Shown: piece after piece, positions 63,486 to 64,000 of the stretch | Position numbering within the stretch: the stretch's first letter is position 1 | Layout: the number at the start of each line of letters is the position of its first letter | Virus record (IMG/VR): IMGVR_UViG_3300027805_000006 | DNA: 64,000 nt | From: a virus | Taxonomy: Duplodnaviria > Caudoviricetes | Reading direction: 5' to 3' (one strand) | Translations under genes and position numbers: made by a program | The notes under the pieces: generated by a model | Databases searched by the model: none | What the model was told of the DNA's origin: nothing | Seen by the model: only the letters and a program-made list of their open reading frames with translations

Positions 63486-63791
63486 TTACATCTTCAGTTT
63501 AGTTGCGAGAACATTTAGCATTTGCATATCTGCCTTAGATGCCTTGTTTAGTGGTATTAGACATTTCTGTGCAAGTTCCTGTGTCATCATCCGTAATCCA
63601 TTTTCAGCCATCTTAGATGCGATGATAACTTTACGCGCAGACGGTGTAACATCTTCCTGTGTAAAGAAAACATACTGTGCGCCAGTTCGCTTCTTCGGGT
63701 CAGGATAAAATGCCTCAGTAAAAATACCTTGAGCCATCGGTGATAATAGTGCTTTATACCAAAGTCGTTGTGTTGTTTTTTGTGGTGTCAT
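63486..63791 (-). CDS. hypothetical protein
   Basis: Likely start MTPQK; the longer track call crosses a terminator hairpin at ~63872-63899. Confidence 0.6.
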   Translation of the reverse strand: MTPQKTTQRLWYKALLSPMAQGIFTEAFYPDPKKRTGAQYVFFTQEDVTPSARKVIIASKMAENGLRMMTQELAQKCLIPLNKASKADMQMLNVLATKLKM

Positions 63792-63900
63792 TTTATTAAA
63801 GCCATAGGTTAGTGGGCTTCTTGGCACCAATGATGTTATTATAGCACCAACAAGAAAATAAGGATACGTATAAAACAGGTTGAAATTGAACCTGTTTTGT

Positions 63901-64000
63901 TTATACGAGCTTTGCAACTGCAGTCATTACAGCCGCAATTCTTCCAACGTCCTGAAGTTGCTTCACTGTCCAACCATGACCTTTGAGAATGTCATAGTGG
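63901..64000 (-). CDS. AhpD/carboxymuconolactone-decarboxylase-like protein, C-terminal end only
   Basis: HYDILKGHGWTVKQLQDVGRIAAVMTAVAKLV*. Confidence 0.65.
   Translation of the reverse strand, partial: HYDILKGHGWTVKQLQDVGRIAAVMTAVAKLV

Noticed and set aside
557-63518. Numerous short antisense or overlapping ORFs in the track (e.g. 557..817, 13209..13523, 17031..17453, 18517..18984, 41527..41799, 44065..44550)
   Set aside because: They are shadows of well-supported genes on the other strand or frame, with no SD or motifs.
1-64000. Genome-wide TAG recoding, suggested by two CUA anticodon-like loops
   Set aside because: Long genes are intact under the standard code, and TAG serves as a plausible stop (e.g. 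4769, 12679, 37426, 48422) without leaving obvious split genes.
1-64000. Prophage or bacterial chromosome origin, suggested by many host-like enzymes
   Set aside because: No integrase, rRNA or housekeeping operons; T4-type promoters, fibre genes, a tRNA array and many small phage-type ORFs indicate a large phage genome.

Overview
A 64-kb slice of a large, AT-rich, lytic-looking tailed phage with T4-like signals: TAAATA/TATAAATA late-promoter motifs, sigma70-type early promoters, dense mostly minus-strand coding, and no rRNA, integrase or CRISPR array. The host is probably a Gram-negative proteobacterium, inferred from lipoboxes, outer-membrane beta-barrels ending in Phe, and ErpA and desaturase genes. 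No core replication or capsid genes are present; this is accessory genome. It contains (i) a late cluster of two cobalamin-type radical SAM enzymes, two PP-loop ATPases and HxD..H dioxygenase-like proteins next to ErpA; (ii) an 8-gene late glycosylation cluster; (iii) a processive GT2 synthase paired with an outer-membrane barrel; (iv) host-like enzymes (desaturase, saccharopine-dehydrogenase-like protein, metacaspase, CCA enzyme, Hsp20, two peptidoglycan peptidases, AhpD-like protein); (v) tail-fibre-like genes; and (vi) about 18 tRNA genes, several with non-canonical structure. The most unusual items are in the tRNA array: a tRNA split at its anticodon by a nuclease plus a nested replacement tRNA, a ~245-nt highly structured RNA with three CGUAA-loop hairpins, a repeated small-RNA scaffold, and tRNAs with extra arms. 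Product calls come from motif recognition by eye; no database searches were run.
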